This document shows, one piece after another, positions 45,460 through 45,579 of a stretch of 45,579 nt of DNA. The position numbers and the translations under genes are program-made. The notes under the pieces are model-generated. The model saw only the letters and a list, made by a program, of their open reading frames with translations. It ran no database searches and was not told the DNA's origin. This stretch comes from Candidatus Methylomirabilia bacterium (lineage in GTDB: Bacteria > Methylomirabilota > Methylomirabilia > Rokubacteriales > CSP1-6): contig JBGQEL010000025.1 in the NCBI GenBank assembly GCA_041496385.1, positions 1-45,579 on the forward strand, read 5' to 3'. Each line of letters starts with the position of its first letter. Position 1 is the first letter of the stretch.

Positions 45460-45579
45460 CCTGGATTGTTCATGAACGCGGATACCGAGGTCGGACGGGT
45501 GGCGCCGGGGGCTGTGCCCGCGCAGCCGGCGAAGTGGGCCCCCCGAGTCCCGTCCGCAGCTCGAAGAGCTGCGATCGGG

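Noticed and set aside
45498..45509. 12-mer GGTGGCGCCGGG shared with the start of repeat copy A (28482)
   Set aside because: Short all-GC-rich match with no shared core; plausibly chance

Overview
A high-GC bacterial window. Most of it is very GC-rich (a sampled 60-nt line at 13921 is 82% GC). The first ~3.5 kb is lower in GC (sampled lines 50-65%) and encodes a peroxiredoxin-like protein plus four unassigned ORFs. The backbone carries cysE, redox and radical-SAM genes, a MetE-II-type gene and three Liv-type (HAAT) ABC operons, two of them with fused LivM-LivG. It also has an aromatic/ester-catabolism-like cluster (extradiol dioxygenase, alpha/beta hydrolase, STAND adenylate cyclase, orphan Mo-hydroxylase large subunit, serine hydrolase), an acyl-CoA synthetase/ABC operon, a family-5 SBP and a divergent DMT/LysR pair. 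This gene mix resembles Rokubacteria/Methylomirabilota (inference only). Best leads: (1) a Cys-codon leader peptide with an attenuator-like hairpin upstream of cysE; (2) a cluster of covarying structured repeats inside a Liv operon at 28.5-28.9 kb; (3) two probable CTG starts; (4) an HSL-type hydrolase with Glu at the catalytic His position; (5) an internally deleted Rieske oxygenase; (6) a coupled TM + lamin-tail-like gene pair in the low-GC block. No tRNA, rRNA, CRISPR array, transposase or integrase was recognised. All calls come from reading motifs by eye; no database searches were run.
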